Shown here in pieces: positions 17,001 through 27,100 of a DNA stretch of 52,245 nucleotides. Under the pieces are notes generated by a model. It saw only the letters and a list, made by a program, of their open reading frames with translations, had not been told where the DNA came from and made no database searches. Source of the stretch: a virus (Duplodnaviria; Caudoviricetes); the IMG/VR virus record IMGVR_UViG_3300046009_002352, positions 1 to 52,245 of that record; one strand, 5' to 3'. Every line of letters starts with the position of its first letter. Positions within the stretch are counted from its first letter, which is position 1. The position numbers were made by a program, and so were the translations under genes.

Positions 17001-19903
17001 CCAACAGACACAGCTTTTGTGTCTAAAGCAACTTCTCTATTTATAATAATAAAGGATTTTCCTGCTTTACCATCTATTATAGTACCATCTGATTTTTTAA
17101 TTGCTTTTAATACGGTGGTATTTATTTCTTCTAATAATTGACCGCTTTTATTTAAAGATTTAACAGTACTGTCTATTGACTTAGACGTATTTGCTAATAT
17201 TATTTCAGTATCAGTATCTTTAGCTAATCTTTCCGCTACTTTTAAGTTTGCTTCAAACTCTTTTTTACGTACTTCCTTTAGATCAATACCTTCGCTTTTA
17301 TATATAATATTAGTTTGTTCTTCTATTCCATCTAATACATTTTTTCTTTCGCTTTCACTCATATCTTTATTAAAAGATACTTCAACGCGTTGAGCAGCTA
17401 AATCGATCAAATTAGCCTTAGATATTGTGGATATTGGTTGATCAAATGTTCTAACGCTTTCTGCTGCATTTGCTAAGCTGTTTAGTTTCATTTTCTCTTT
17501 TGTAAACTCTTTTCTCAATATATCAAGATCCTCAACCTTAGTAACAGCATCAGAGCTATCAATTTGTTTTGCTTTATTTAATATATTCGCTATATTAGAG
17601 GATGTATCGTTTATTGATTTAAAAGTACCAGGACTCATTTCTCCCATATTGCTTATGGTAGAAGCAAATATTTCTGATGTTTTATCCTTTAACTCTACAA
17701 GTTTACTATTCAACGATGCCTTTTGGACTTCTGATAAATCTTTATTAAACTCGAGCTCATTTATTATAGCTGCCATAGCTCTTGAATTATTAAAAGCTTT
17801 TGAAGCTGTGCTTTCACTCATAAACGGGCGAATAGCTACTCCGCCTAATATAGGGGCTCCCGCTAACAATGTAGTTAAAATAGCGGTATCCTGGCCTACT
17901 TCAACGGCGTTGTCAAGTAAATTTACATTTTCACCTAATACAAATTTACGTACGGCATTCTGTGATATATTTGTAAATTGCTCAGACAAAAATTCCTCTC
18001 CTTGCGCTTCAGTAAAATTCAATCCAGCTTTTTTCATTAGCTTATTACTGGTCATAACATTAAAGTCATACCATTTATCCGGAGCTGTTTTAGCCGCAGA
18101 GTTAAAGAACCCGCGTCCTTTGTCTAAAATTTTACCAGTTGATTTTTCAAAAACCCCTTCAGCATATCCATATAAAGCAGGAGCCACAATAAGTTCTTTT
18201 AAGCCGTAATCAGGTTTTACAAATTCACCATTCTCATTATAATAACCATTTTTCTCTTGGTTTATCATATTCAAATATTCGGAACCCATTCCTCTAGCCG
18301 CTATTAAGCTTGTTTGCTTGTTTAATAGAAAGTATGATCCAATTTTTTTAGCTGTAGATGTTTTTGCTACAGACTGTGCGGCTTTTGCTTCTAGACTAGC
18401 TCCACGAGTAAGATATAGAGCAACTAAATCTGGTGCTTGATTAATAAGCAAATCGCCGGCCTTTTCAAAAACCCCCTCAGCGCTAGTTAATTCTCTTTCT
18501 TTTGGATATAATTCTTGTAAATCTTTACCAAGACTATCCACTCTTTCTGCAAGAAATTCAGAAGATGCTGTAAATGGATTTTTAATTCCAGTTAGTTCAC
18601 CTATTTTTAAATAGTCATAAGCTGCTGATTTTAAAGGTCCACCACCTAAATAATCAGCACCTCCAAGAAGTTCATAGGCCCATTGGGTACTTCTTGTTTT
18701 TAATTTATCAGCAACACCTGTCCATGAATAATCTCTTTTATATAAATCTTGTTGAAAGTTTAAATCGTCATATTTTGTAGATTCCTTATCTATTTTTTTA
18801 TTAAGGTCTCTATAATTTATGTTTTCTAATTCATATATTTTAATTAACTCATTACGTTGAGCAAGCTTTTTATTCTCATCATCAACTTCTTCTTGAGTTT
18901 TAAACTTATAATTATTTGGTTTAATTACTTTGTTTAATTCACTTATTTTATTACTTATATCTGATATTTGATTTTCTTTTTCTTCTCTGGTTATAACATC
19001 TTTTGTATAAGCAGCAGCTTCAGCAGCCTTTGTTTTTTCAAAATAGTTATTGGCTATACTCCTTGATTTATCAGAAATATCGGTAGTATTTTCTAAGTAA
19101 TCTTTAAACTTATCATTTTTTAATTTAGCAATTTCTTTTTTCTTATATTCAGAAGCAGCCATATCTAATATAGCGTCCTCATTAAATTTACCTAATAAAT
19201 TTTTAGAACTTAATTCTTTTTTTATTTTAGTAACCTCGTCAGGGAATGGCTTATATATTTCTGTAGTCTCACTCCCTATTGCATAGCCATATTCGTCAAC
19301 TGGAGCAGGTGTAACTATCTTTTTGCCGTTTTTTGCTTTTTCTGCTTCTATATATAGTTCAATATCGCTTAATTCTTCTTCCGTAGGTTTAGAAATTAAT
19401 TCTCCTTCTTCAACCCATTTTGAAGCTTCTTTGTCTTTCTTTAAATCCAATGAAGCAACAGTAGCTTTAAATTTAGAAAGATCCGCGGCTTCTGTTATTT
19501 TAGCTTCCTCAGTCTTCTTTGCTTGTTTTGCTTTAAACTCAGGTGTCTCTATTGAAAATGGAGCAGTCTCATCTATTTGTCGTTGGTATACGCTTGAAGT
19601 AAGTTGATCCAAAAACTCTTGTGATTTAACAGGAGTCATTGGAGCCGATGCTTTTACTGGCTTTTGATTTTCTTTGCTCTTTTTAAAATTGCTTAAAAAT
19701 CCAACCTCTTCTTTTTTTTCTTGGCCATCGCTCCAAGGATATTTTTTTGCTTTTGGCTTAGCTGCAACAGTACTCTTTGCAGCTTTTTGTTTTAACTTCT
19801 TATTTTTTATAATGGCATCAGCCGAGATTTTCTGCTCGGCTGCCATTCTATTTATATCGTTTTCTGTATATGTTTGTCCTAAATCGTCGATGTACTCAAG
19901 CAT
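11006..19903 (-). CDS. Giant (2965 aa) internal virion / ejection protein with polyvalent-protein architecture
   Basis: Last gene of the late module after ejection-like genes; contains HEFLH..EE zincin motif, a sigma-2-like segment and a PD..EAKK nuclease motif. Confidence 0.75.
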   Translation of the reverse strand: MLEYIDDLGQTYTENDINRMAAEQKISADAIIKNKKLKQKAAKSTVAAKPKAKKYPWSDGQEKKEEVGFLSNFKKSKENQKPVKASAPMTPVKSQEFLDQLTSSVYQRQIDETAPFSIETPEFKAKQAKKTEEAKITEAADLSKFKATVASLDLKKDKEASKWVEEGELISKPTEEELSDIELYIEAEKAKNGKKIVTPAPVDEYGYAIGSETTEIYKPFPDEVTKIKKELSSKNLLGKFNEDAILDMAASEYKKKEIAKLKNDKFKDYLENTTDISDKSRSIANNYFEKTKAAEAAAYTKDVITREEKENQISDISNKISELNKVIKPNNYKFKTQEEVDDENKKLAQRNELIKIYELENINYRDLNKKIDKESTKYDDLNFQQDLYKRDYSWTGVADKLKTRSTQWAYELLGGADYLGGGPLKSAAYDYLKIGELTGIKNPFTASSEFLAERVDSLGKDLQELYPKERELTSAEGVFEKAGDLLINQAPDLVALYLTRGASLEAKAAQSVAKTSTAKKIGSYFLLNKQTSLIAARGMGSEYLNMINQEKNGYYNENGEFVKPDYGLKELIVAPALYGYAEGVFEKSTGKILDKGRGFFNSAAKTAPDKWYDFNVMTSNKLMKKAGLNFTEAQGEEFLSEQFTNISQNAVRKFVLGENVNLLDNAVEVGQDTAILTTLLAGAPILGGVAIRPFMSESTASKAFNNSRAMAAIINELEFNKDLSEVQKASLNSKLVELKDKTSEIFASTISNMGEMSPGTFKSINDTSSNIANILNKAKQIDSSDAVTKVEDLDILRKEFTKEKMKLNSLANAAESVRTFDQPISTISKANLIDLAAQRVEVSFNKDMSESERKNVLDGIEEQTNIIYKSEGIDLKEVRKKEFEANLKVAERLAKDTDTEIILANTSKSIDSTVKSLNKSGQLLEEINTTVLKAIKKSDGTIIDGKAGKSFIIINREVALDTKAVSVGSHEFLHKLLAKTVAKSDSQIALGESLTDYLLSNSPELYLNDKVIGRLERNYGGEDSGTQMEELLNIFSDALITGNLKYKESFFTKVGDQIRRFFQDLGLTSIEFNSGRDVFNFIRDYNNTITKDKELNIAQRRLLRSEAKGKLISKDGEVSASFIKGSKSIEERMDELDRQLNDNEIDMDRYDAQMLALEQEEAELARKEYEEKRAGVKPAENKLETKPTEKKPTKAKEDVEVSDVANKAKAKLDAIGNDPKGFNPNNPEIYSELDKMVKVKSRNWKTAKGTVIDLTNKDRGGIDGFNMEEMVSYVRTSMIPYIAKFDPARNNSLYGYINAQYINRMKGALKSGEVADVVFTEDVSEMTKLANEDVEVTKPSLPERKRFQNILESGVFSPDVIANIQAKILPVARTLKSKINEKTSLNKTVAPLISEIRDEMGKQADIDIKKAMGGKENQELQNWLIVNKKTILENMTTTWLMGKDGVGGMPFAIQKRINGRWVNFPEWKGKKIDRESVDVDLAGRTAGHEMVRRLPEVNKNVPTIDFLSSIIDLETGNPIRGRKESLAKALAEEVSFDIISDDIANDGIISEALNRNQELKGAVTEKIMLEEFNRLAERGNVKFSITKAEVNALIYEMKNDKNFYIKTNSLFNQTINKIIDADDNELDSLYNILIAAGKTFDRFHWQAQEKMLGTFISKYVGKDYNVEVVGGNNQYVPDIVIKEKLSKLAIIVEAKKAASGRIPLTSITGNSLKTALKKGIFGNKGSVLYNQISEIVNHIAGNESSLLKNVVKEAGITNYTVTPAGNIKLSLDDSIKLQEKFGAKKGKNEQLEGGRRYADIKNNRFEVGVNFAKALNNKKSQPQDIISISGRLFDYFNGYTGVDKFSNIFGGDFDPNKLFNLTFEYQISADNILSTRGYLNFNADKIEIIQKYIENKGSNISKFNNKKAKNIIERKSKRMFSKSLENNLNSFNKDDKGITIVSDYIAKNDIKRIDAETSFEVLNDLNKSIEDWWGIVSNNTIEGMNKSVDYAFDVIEDRENEGGSLMAAVNDALNVETIKFAEKQLNDWINSDPKWKSRPKFSLTTKANLQWTTKLGETSAAFKVGEYNYSIYVSPLKKYGLDQDPTYTKAFKKITDDLGVPLTYLTDNENLLFTTFQEDDMGTDVLEIGNSFKVLSIVTNGLVEYIQKNNIEGIVFTALEPSRIRLYKTMAATIGSRLGWTYTTEQVNNGEDTLFLINTPKNNKTQDKLKVNDSKSLDYAFNDMLARNKNVPSYEKISDIVAKRTGTKANTLSFFVPPSADDFRGLTTYMFAGKGKQGEKDQEFFDANLVIPYVKGINALDSVRQSIKKEYKKLLNSFPDIKKKLEKLTPDKQFTYDQAVRVYLWHKNDIDVPGLNRRDKNKLVFLVKNDPNLISFAEALSIAGRQDGGWMPPSTTWDSETIISDLHNITEGEGRKKWLSEFIENANAIFTTENLNKVQATYGTNVRIALEDSLYRMKNGKNRPEGSDRLTNIWMNWINGSTAAIMFFNVRSALLQTISSTNYLNWNDNNPLAAATAFADQKQYWSDFAKIINSDKMRERRSGLKADVTQAEIANAANSATNKARGVLSYLQKIGFTPTQAADSFSIALGGSTFYRNRVNTYLKQVDEDGNKINTLEEAEDKAWVDFSLITDKSMQSADPMYISKQQTTSLGRLVLAFANTPMQYNREIKKATLDLVNKRGDWKTNLSKIMYYGALQNVLFSALQSALFLPFEEEDEEAIAKMSSEQKKEYEKLKKKQDDKAVSILNGMSDTVLRGSGVYGALISTIKNAAMEYNKQEERKMFADHAYTILAAASISPPISSKAKKLYGAYRIKKFDKDVIEARGWEITKDGRLNLSPNYDIVGNVVVATTNLPLDRVVEKVGNVSEALDSRNTKIQRLALALGWKEWELNVKNEENEKIKVEAKAKRKEEGIEKGIISREEKRKADKKALMEMDPKERLEFRRKKALEKREQALKKRKRKMGGD

Positions 19904-19922
19904 AGATACTTAATTTAATTTG

Positions 19923-21392
19923 TTATTTTGTTTTTTTATACCCAATCTGCGCTTTTACCACTTTTTCATCCACAGGATCACCTACTATAAAACCATCTTT
20001 GTCAAGTTCATACCAGTAACCTACTTTTCCACCATCATTTTTATCAGCTATCTTGTATTTCTTATTAGGCCCTTTAACAATTGTGCCTAATCCTACTCCT
20101 TTATTACCTCTTTCAGCAGGCGGTGTTTCAAATACTGATTCATTCAATACTTGAGCTGCAGATTTTTTAGGCTCTTTTTTAGTCCCGGCTTTTGTAGTTG
20201 TAGATTTTGCCTGTTCCTTCTCGTATATATAAACACTAGAGTCTTCTTTTAAAACATCTTGCTCCCTCATTATTTGAGTATTAACAAAATGATCTTTATA
20301 AGCCTCGATTGCTTCAGCTTTTTCAGAGGGACTAAGTACATTATCAGAATCTAAATATATTGGCTTTAAACCAGCTGTAACGCGATATGTATTAACCGTA
20401 TTATTTGTATGTAACATTAATTCTTCATCTGTCATACCGGCTAATTGAGCCTCTAAATCTGTATTTACTGAAGCTTTTATTAAATCTAAATCCGCTTCCA
20501 TTACCATCTTGTATCTACCAGACCCTTTTTGTCCAATTTCAACTTCTTTAGTAATCGGAACACCATTAGCATCTTTTTTAAGAAATGCTTCTGTAACACG
20601 CCCATTAGATTGCATTTGACCATCAGGGTTTTTTGAATTAGTTGGCACTAATTCAAAAATATCTGGTTTAGCGGATTTTAAACTTTCATTATTAGCAGTT
20701 CTATCCGGTACTATTTTTATAAATTCAACACCAAGATCACTCATTTTATCTAATTGTTCAGCAGAATATTCACGCACTAGTTGGTCCTTGTCATCGTACA
20801 CTTGCCAAATAAGTTTATTTGGATTAATATCTTTAAACACAGCTTTTTTACTACCTGGCAATTTACCCGCCATTATATCTGAAGCCTTAACATCATCAGG
20901 GTTCTGATCCTTAGCTAATCCGCCTGGGGTGCCAAGTGGCTTTTCCCGAGCTTTATTTAATGTTTCTACATGAACGGCTATGTCTCCTAAGCTTTTAGAA
21001 AAACTACCAGAAACAGTGCCTTTTATATCAGCTAATTTTTTCCAAGCTTCTTGTCTGTCTTGGCCTGTTATTGTATTATTTAATAAACCAAGATTTAATC
21101 TTCCCGCTTCTTGTACTAACGGTTCAAATGTTTCAGCCAGATTCACTTGACTTGTTTTATCAGAAAGCTTAGATATATCAGTACGCAATGAAAAAAGAAA
21201 TTTTTCATTATCATTATTTATTTCATTTATTCTTTTTGCATTTGCTTCAAGCTTTTTTCTTATTGCCTCTTGCTTATTAGCATAATTTTGTGCAAAATTA
21301 GAAAACGAACCAGCAATTGTGCCTTGTAAATCTCTAAGATATGCTCCTGATTGAGTGTCAATTATTGCTTGTGGATTTTCGTATGCTCCCAT
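19923..21392 (-). CDS. Putative internal virion (ejection) protein
   Basis: 489 aa with helical N-terminus, between the pilot-like gene and the giant protein. Confidence 0.6.
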   Translation of the reverse strand: MGAYENPQAIIDTQSGAYLRDLQGTIAGSFSNFAQNYANKQEAIRKKLEANAKRINEINNDNEKFLFSLRTDISKLSDKTSQVNLAETFEPLVQEAGRLNLGLLNNTITGQDRQEAWKKLADIKGTVSGSFSKSLGDIAVHVETLNKAREKPLGTPGGLAKDQNPDDVKASDIMAGKLPGSKKAVFKDINPNKLIWQVYDDKDQLVREYSAEQLDKMSDLGVEFIKIVPDRTANNESLKSAKPDIFELVPTNSKNPDGQMQSNGRVTEAFLKKDANGVPITKEVEIGQKGSGRYKMVMEADLDLIKASVNTDLEAQLAGMTDEELMLHTNNTVNTYRVTAGLKPIYLDSDNVLSPSEKAEAIEAYKDHFVNTQIMREQDVLKEDSSVYIYEKEQAKSTTTKAGTKKEPKKSAAQVLNESVFETPPAERGNKGVGLGTIVKGPNKKYKIADKNDGGKVGYWYELDKDGFIVGDPVDEKVVKAQIGYKKTK

Positions 21393-21416
21393 TTTTATAT
21401 TGTATTTATTATTTTA

Positions 21417-22205
21417 TTATCCCATTACACCAGCTGAAAAACTAGTTCCTGGCGCTTTAAAGCCTCCTCCTGGCGTTGATGTTGAGCGTGCAGCCCCTAC
21501 TGACGATGCTATTGATGCTAATCCACCAAGCATCCCAGTTATTGCTCCAGTTTGATCTGCTCTTGCTTGAGCTGCTTGCGCTTGAGCATTCTGCACTTGC
21601 CCCGCAACACGATTCATTTTTGCAACTTCTCGTTCTTCTCTAACGTTAAACATAAACTGTTTACCGGCAACTTCTGCATTTTGAACTCTTTGTGCTTCAC
21701 TCATTTTTACTTCTTGTATTCTTTGAGCTTCATTCATTTTAATTTGCTGCATTTCAGATTCACCTTGAGCTCTAAGTTTTTGGTTAGCAGCTTCCTGTTG
21801 TTCAATATTTGCAGATATTTCTTTTTTACTTTGTAAAGCAGCTTGTGCTAATGCTGTCGCACCTCCAGCCCCTGCTCCAGTTTGTTGTAAAGTATCTAAG
21901 GTATTTGCTAATGATATATCAGCCTGTTCCGCTTGAAACTCTGCAGCTTTTGTTGCAACTCCTAAACTCGCATAAGGATTTGATACCATACCTGTAAGAT
22001 CTGATGCCATTGCACTAATATCTTTAACTCCTTCGTATGGATTTATTATTGCTTGTCTTGATCTTTCTAATGAAGCTAATTCCGCTGCTCTAGCTCTTGC
22101 TTCTTTTTCTGCTCGACGTCTAGCTTTTTTCGCTGACCTTGATCCGAATATTCCAGACGCTATCGTTAATCCACCGCTAATAGCGCCAGCTACTACCATA
22201 CTCAT
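21417..22205 (-). CDS. Putative DNA ejection / pilot protein
   Basis: Gly/Ala-rich hydrophobic termini and an A/Q-rich coiled coil, typical of podovirus ejection proteins. Confidence 0.65.
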   Translation of the reverse strand: MSMVVAGAISGGLTIASGIFGSRSAKKARRRAEKEARARAAELASLERSRQAIINPYEGVKDISAMASDLTGMVSNPYASLGVATKAAEFQAEQADISLANTLDTLQQTGAGAGGATALAQAALQSKKEISANIEQQEAANQKLRAQGESEMQQIKMNEAQRIQEVKMSEAQRVQNAEVAGKQFMFNVREEREVAKMNRVAGQVQNAQAQAAQARADQTGAITGMLGGLASIASSVGAARSTSTPGGGFKAPGTSFSAGVMG

Positions 22206-22208
22206 ACT

Positions 22209-22682
22209 CTATTCATTTAAAAGTTTATATTCTTTATATTTTTCGTAAGAAGCACACGTTAGCATATCTTCTAATTTTTCTATGTCTGTTATATTTTCAG
22301 GGTTTGGATATACATTAACAAATATAGTATCCTCTAATGCCTGTATAACTCTTTTGGTTCCTTCTGGAGCATGTACATAACAAGGAGCAATATAATGGTT
22401 TACTCCTTCATCAGTAGCTACCGTTATTTCTCCTTCTAGTAAAAACCATGTATGGGAAATCTTATATAGTTTACCTATAACAAGACCTCCCTTTGCCATG
22501 AACATTTCTCTAATATATACTCCTTCTGAGAAAGAGTGTTTTAGTGGAAACATATCTGAATTACCTTTTGCTATTAATGGATTATCCATTGCTAACATTG
22601 CATTCTCTAATGCTTCCACTTTATTAATGAACTCCGTATTAATTAAACGATGTTCTGAATTTAATTGAATTTGATTTTCCAT
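22209..22682 (-). CDS. Cupin-fold protein
   Basis: HSFSEGVYIREM..G.LVIGKLYKISH.WFLLEGEITV..APEGTKRV..ALEDT double-stranded beta-helix pattern. Confidence 0.7.
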   Translation of the reverse strand: MENQIQLNSEHRLINTEFINKVEALENAMLAMDNPLIAKGNSDMFPLKHSFSEGVYIREMFMAKGGLVIGKLYKISHTWFLLEGEITVATDEGVNHYIAPCYVHAPEGTKRVIQALEDTIFVNVYPNPENITDIEKLEDMLTCASYEKYKEYKLLNE

Positions 22683-22688
22683 TTATTT

Positions 22689-24119
22689 TTAGTAACTTGA
22701 TATAGAATATACCGAACCAACGCTCCATAATTCTTTTAACCCGCCAGGGTTAGTAACCAAATCAGTTGACATTGTTACAGTAGCATATCTTCCTTTAATA
22801 CCAGTCATTTGTGCACCATAAATAACCTCACCATCTGTTGAAGCACTATTATTTGTTAAGTTTGCAAAATATTTGTTTTCTTTTCTATCAAAGCCATAAT
22901 GGTAAGTTACACCTCCATCAACGTAAATACCACCTATATAACTTGGCACTATTGCAGTAGTATCCGATGTAGAAATCCATGAACCAGGCGTACTGCCAGG
23001 GTCCGCTTTTTGAGCATCTGATACAAAACTGTTAACCTGCCATCCGTTGTCTCCTTCGTAGTTTACTGTTTTAAAGTTTTTAGATATAGCAGGATTTTCA
23101 TTTAATACAAACGTTATAGAAGCAGGTGATGTAACCCCATAGAATGATCCAACAGGAACATTATTACTATAGTGTTGCCATAATCTTCCATTATTTAATG
23201 AATATACTCTATTCCTTATACTAAATAATTGTGATGGTTTAAAAGTAAAAAATCCCGTAAACCCATTTACTAATTCATCAAAGTTTGTTGTTGCATAATA
23301 TTGACTTGGATTATTTACACTAGTTTGTAAAGATAATACATATTGTTTATTATATATATCCCATCCACCAATAATATTACCTTGACCAAAGTTAGTTACA
23401 GGTGAACTTATAGCATTAAATGAATCTCTAAAAAAGTCTGACATTCCATTTTCAGAAATTTCAGTTAAACCATCTTGAGACAATCTAAGTACTGCATTAC
23501 GGAATCTATCTGTAAAGTATTTTCTATAACCATATACAGCAAAACTTTGTGGATCTTGACTAATACCGTAATTTCCAGCATAAGCTTGAATATCTCCAAT
23601 TACAGCGAAAGAAGAAGTAACAGTCCCGCCTCCTTCAGCAGAATATATAGCGTCTTTGTCAATTAAAGCTCTACTTACTTTATCCTCTTGGAATATAATT
23701 AAGTTAGTATCTTCTGCATATAGCTTTTGTATTGATCCATTAGAAGGATTTAAACTCTTAGTTATATCTTCTCCTACAGAAAATTGATTAGTATTGTTTG
23801 TACCTGTTCTGGAATTATATACGCCTGAATATATTAAAGAGCTAGATCTAATAGAGGCTCCATTATCATCTTCAACTATATATGCTTTTACTCCAAAATC
23901 AACTGTAGTGTCATTATAACCACCTTGTATTCTAGCTTCTTCAATATACCATTCTCTATCGTTTGGATTTGCTATTAAATCAGGTGTTGGGTAACCCCCT
24001 ATTTCTTCCGGAATACCAAAAGATCCACCATATACAGGTTCAAAATCTGTAAGATCTTCTGTTAATACTTTTTTTAATATAAAAGTATTAAAATATTTGA
24101 CTTCTATCGATGCTGCCAT
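22689..24119 (-). CDS. Tail stabilisation / nozzle-like protein (C-terminal-type part)
   Basis: Beta-propeller-like motifs GSIQKL, NYGISQDPQSFA, YFTD..RNAVLRLSQDGLTEISENGM, KNFKTVNYEG. Confidence 0.65.
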   Translation of the reverse strand: MAASIEVKYFNTFILKKVLTEDLTDFEPVYGGSFGIPEEIGGYPTPDLIANPNDREWYIEEARIQGGYNDTTVDFGVKAYIVEDDNGASIRSSSLIYSGVYNSRTGTNNTNQFSVGEDITKSLNPSNGSIQKLYAEDTNLIIFQEDKVSRALIDKDAIYSAEGGGTVTSSFAVIGDIQAYAGNYGISQDPQSFAVYGYRKYFTDRFRNAVLRLSQDGLTEISENGMSDFFRDSFNAISSPVTNFGQGNIIGGWDIYNKQYVLSLQTSVNNPSQYYATTNFDELVNGFTGFFTFKPSQLFSIRNRVYSLNNGRLWQHYSNNVPVGSFYGVTSPASITFVLNENPAISKNFKTVNYEGDNGWQVNSFVSDAQKADPGSTPGSWISTSDTTAIVPSYIGGIYVDGGVTYHYGFDRKENKYFANLTNNSASTDGEVIYGAQMTGIKGRYATVTMSTDLVTNPGGLKELWSVGSVYSISSY

Positions 24120-24153
24120 ATAATTATTATTACTTATTTATCACATTAATTAC

Positions 24154-24180
24154 AGAGGAGATATTAAAATTACCTCCTCT
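24154..24180 (-). other. Intergenic hairpin
   Basis: AGAGGAGGTA-loop-TATCTCCTCT on the - strand. Confidence 0.6.
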
Positions 24181-24190
24181 TATAATAATG

Positions 24191-27100
24191 TTATACACTT
24201 TCTAAATACATTCCGCCTTCGCCTCCTCCTGTACCATTGTAAGATACTCTAACTTCAAATGTCCAAGACCCGGGGCCTACCAAATCATGATATGCAACCG
24301 ATAATCCTCCTCCGGTTCCCCCATAAGCTGCTTTCAGCAATACAGGTGTTAAAGTATATATATCAACTGTTGTATATACGTCATTAGGTCCCCAGGTAAA
24401 TGGGAATGCTCCAGCTCTAACCCTAGCGGTAAATCCTGCTTCAACAGTAATTAAACCTTCAGCTCCAAATGATCCAGATGGTTCTGACCCTGTTGAAACA
24501 ATACCAGGACCACCTCGTCCTTCAAACACTTCCCATGTTATACCGTATAATGCAGAAAATCTAACGCTTATAGCAACAGTGTCTGATAACCCTCCCGCAT
24601 CTGTTAATTTTATAACCATATCATATATCCCTTCAACTATGTCGCCGCTTGGTTGCGTCAGTTCTCCTGTTACTGGATCTATATAAAATCCAACTCCTCC
24701 GGATTCTATAGACCATGCTAAGTCTAATTGGTTCTGACTTGGATCAGCCGTTCCGTTATTGCCATAAAATGGATAAATAAATGTTTCACCTAAAGGAAAA
24801 TACAATGGACCTGATGGAGCTGCTGTTATTGTTGGAGCTACATTGCTTAGCGATCCTGTTTGATCAAAGGCGCTTATTATTGGTTGATTAGGTAAATTTG
24901 GCGTAGTTACAGTTATATAAAATGTATAAGAGTCCACATCATTAGAATCAAACCCGTAATAAAAATAGCTATTAGTTACTAAGTCAAAAGTATTGTCATC
25001 AACCCCTATTTGGATACTAAATCTACTTGTAATATCTGTTCCTAATTCATTAAGCACTTGCAATGTTATATTGCCAATAGGTACTGGCATTGGAAATCCT
25101 AATACATCCGCAAAATAAAAGCCATCGACCGCTTTATGTCCTATTTGAGCGGATTCAGGTAAATTAAATACCCAACCACCTATAGAATATGGCGCATCAG
25201 TGTCTTCTATAATTGCAGAATTAAGCTCCTCTATTATTCCAGATGTAGCAGTCTCCCAATATAAATCTAATCTTGAATCAACCGGTTCTGTTTCCATTAC
25301 AGCTAATCTTGCTAATGGCAAAAACCCATCTGTTACAGGATCTGGTAAACCATCTGTATTTCTACCTATTCTGGTTACTGTTGATAACCTTGCAATAAGT
25401 GGGTTAGATATATTTTGGTAAAATTGATAGTACTCAGTTAGTACCGGTGTGGCCGTAGGTGAAGAAGCTGGGAATAATGAATTTAGGGTAGCTATTGTAT
25501 TTACAAAAGAAAAAGTATTTCCTGGATAGAATTGTTGATTTAAAAAATTTTCTTGTCCTACTGTATCTATATATAAATTATTAACCCTAGCATATAACTT
25601 TACGCTACTTCTATACTGTTCTTGAGTATTACTAACATCATTTAAGTCCCTTGGAACCTTATTTATATTATCCCCAATAAGTACAAAATGTGATGTTTTA
25701 TCAAGTTCTTTATTATATTCTAATGGGTATGCAGCCATTATTCCAGGTAAATACACATTATAATAATCTTGCTCATTTTGCTTAACGACTATTTTATATG
25801 AATACCAGCCAAGCGGATTATATTCACCGCTATTAGCATCCCCATTATATATTCCAGGCCAATCTGTAATTCCATTTCCGGATATTACTTCATTAAATAA
25901 AACTTTTAATGAATAACCGGGCCATTGATTTATTATTTGGCCATTTTCTGGTATGTTACTACCAGGTGATTCTTCTTCAATATATGGCACATATAAAGAT
26001 GCTGCACCATAGCTTACACTGCCAGAAGTTGATGGTAATACAGCGTTAGATAATATAACCCCAGACTGTCTTCCGAATTTATCGGATAATACAACACCAA
26101 CTTCATAATTCCTATTTTGTTTTACAGAATGATTTGGGTATTCTATAGTACTGGTATAATTTTTATCTATATTAAAAGTAGCTTTATTATTACAAACAAC
26201 ATTATAATTTAAAAATTTAGGATAACCCTGCTTGTCTTGATAATTACTATAAACAATTCTATTACTAACAATCTCTTGTCCAAAAGCTCTTACAGGCGTT
26301 TTATCATATACTCTAATTAAATCTCTTTCAGGTAATGTTTTGAATGGTTTTTTAGATTGATAATTATATACATATATATCAGATGATCCTGCTTGAGCAG
26401 CTATTTGAGAAACAGGTATAATATCTACAACTTGCACAGCCAATCCATCAGATTCTTTATACAATATGTCTAGTTCTAATATTTTACATACAGATTCTAA
26501 CATATTTCCAGGACATGGTAACTTTATTTGCAAATATATATCATTTGCTTTATTATACATAAAGGAAACTATTGTACTACGGAATGCTGCTGTTTCGTTG
26601 TCAACTATTGGCTCACTGGTTATATCAACCGGAGGTTCATATAAAAAATAACCATCTTGTTTTGGTATAAATGCTATTTGTGTAAATGGTGCAAATATAG
26701 AATATTCATTATCATCAAATCTAAATCTATAACTAAATCTAACAAACTTATCTTCTAAATATGTTGGGTCTCCTATAAAATCAGGATTGTAATATGGGTT
26801 TGCATTAAACTTTATTTCTTGGTTGTCTAATAATGTTATATTTTCAGATACCTCTACAGTAAAAGTTATAGGATCATAATCAACAACTCTTACATTATTA
26901 GGTATACCAGTTCCTGAAACTAATTGTCCAATTTGTGGAGTAAATCCAGTACCAGGATCATCTATTATAAAAGTATTGGTAGTTGTTATTGCTCCATTAA
27001 CAATAGCGGTTGAACCATAAGGAGGTAAAAACTCACTGGAGACATCATACATTGTTGTTTCATATTCACCTGGTGCTTCTGTACTTTCAGTATATAACTC

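Noticed and set aside
11006-19903. Giant protein as a crAss-like or N4-like virion RNA polymerase
   Set aside because: No DxDGD/DFDID catalytic motif found by eye; ADIDIK and DVDLAG do not fit. The visible motifs point to a polyvalent protein.
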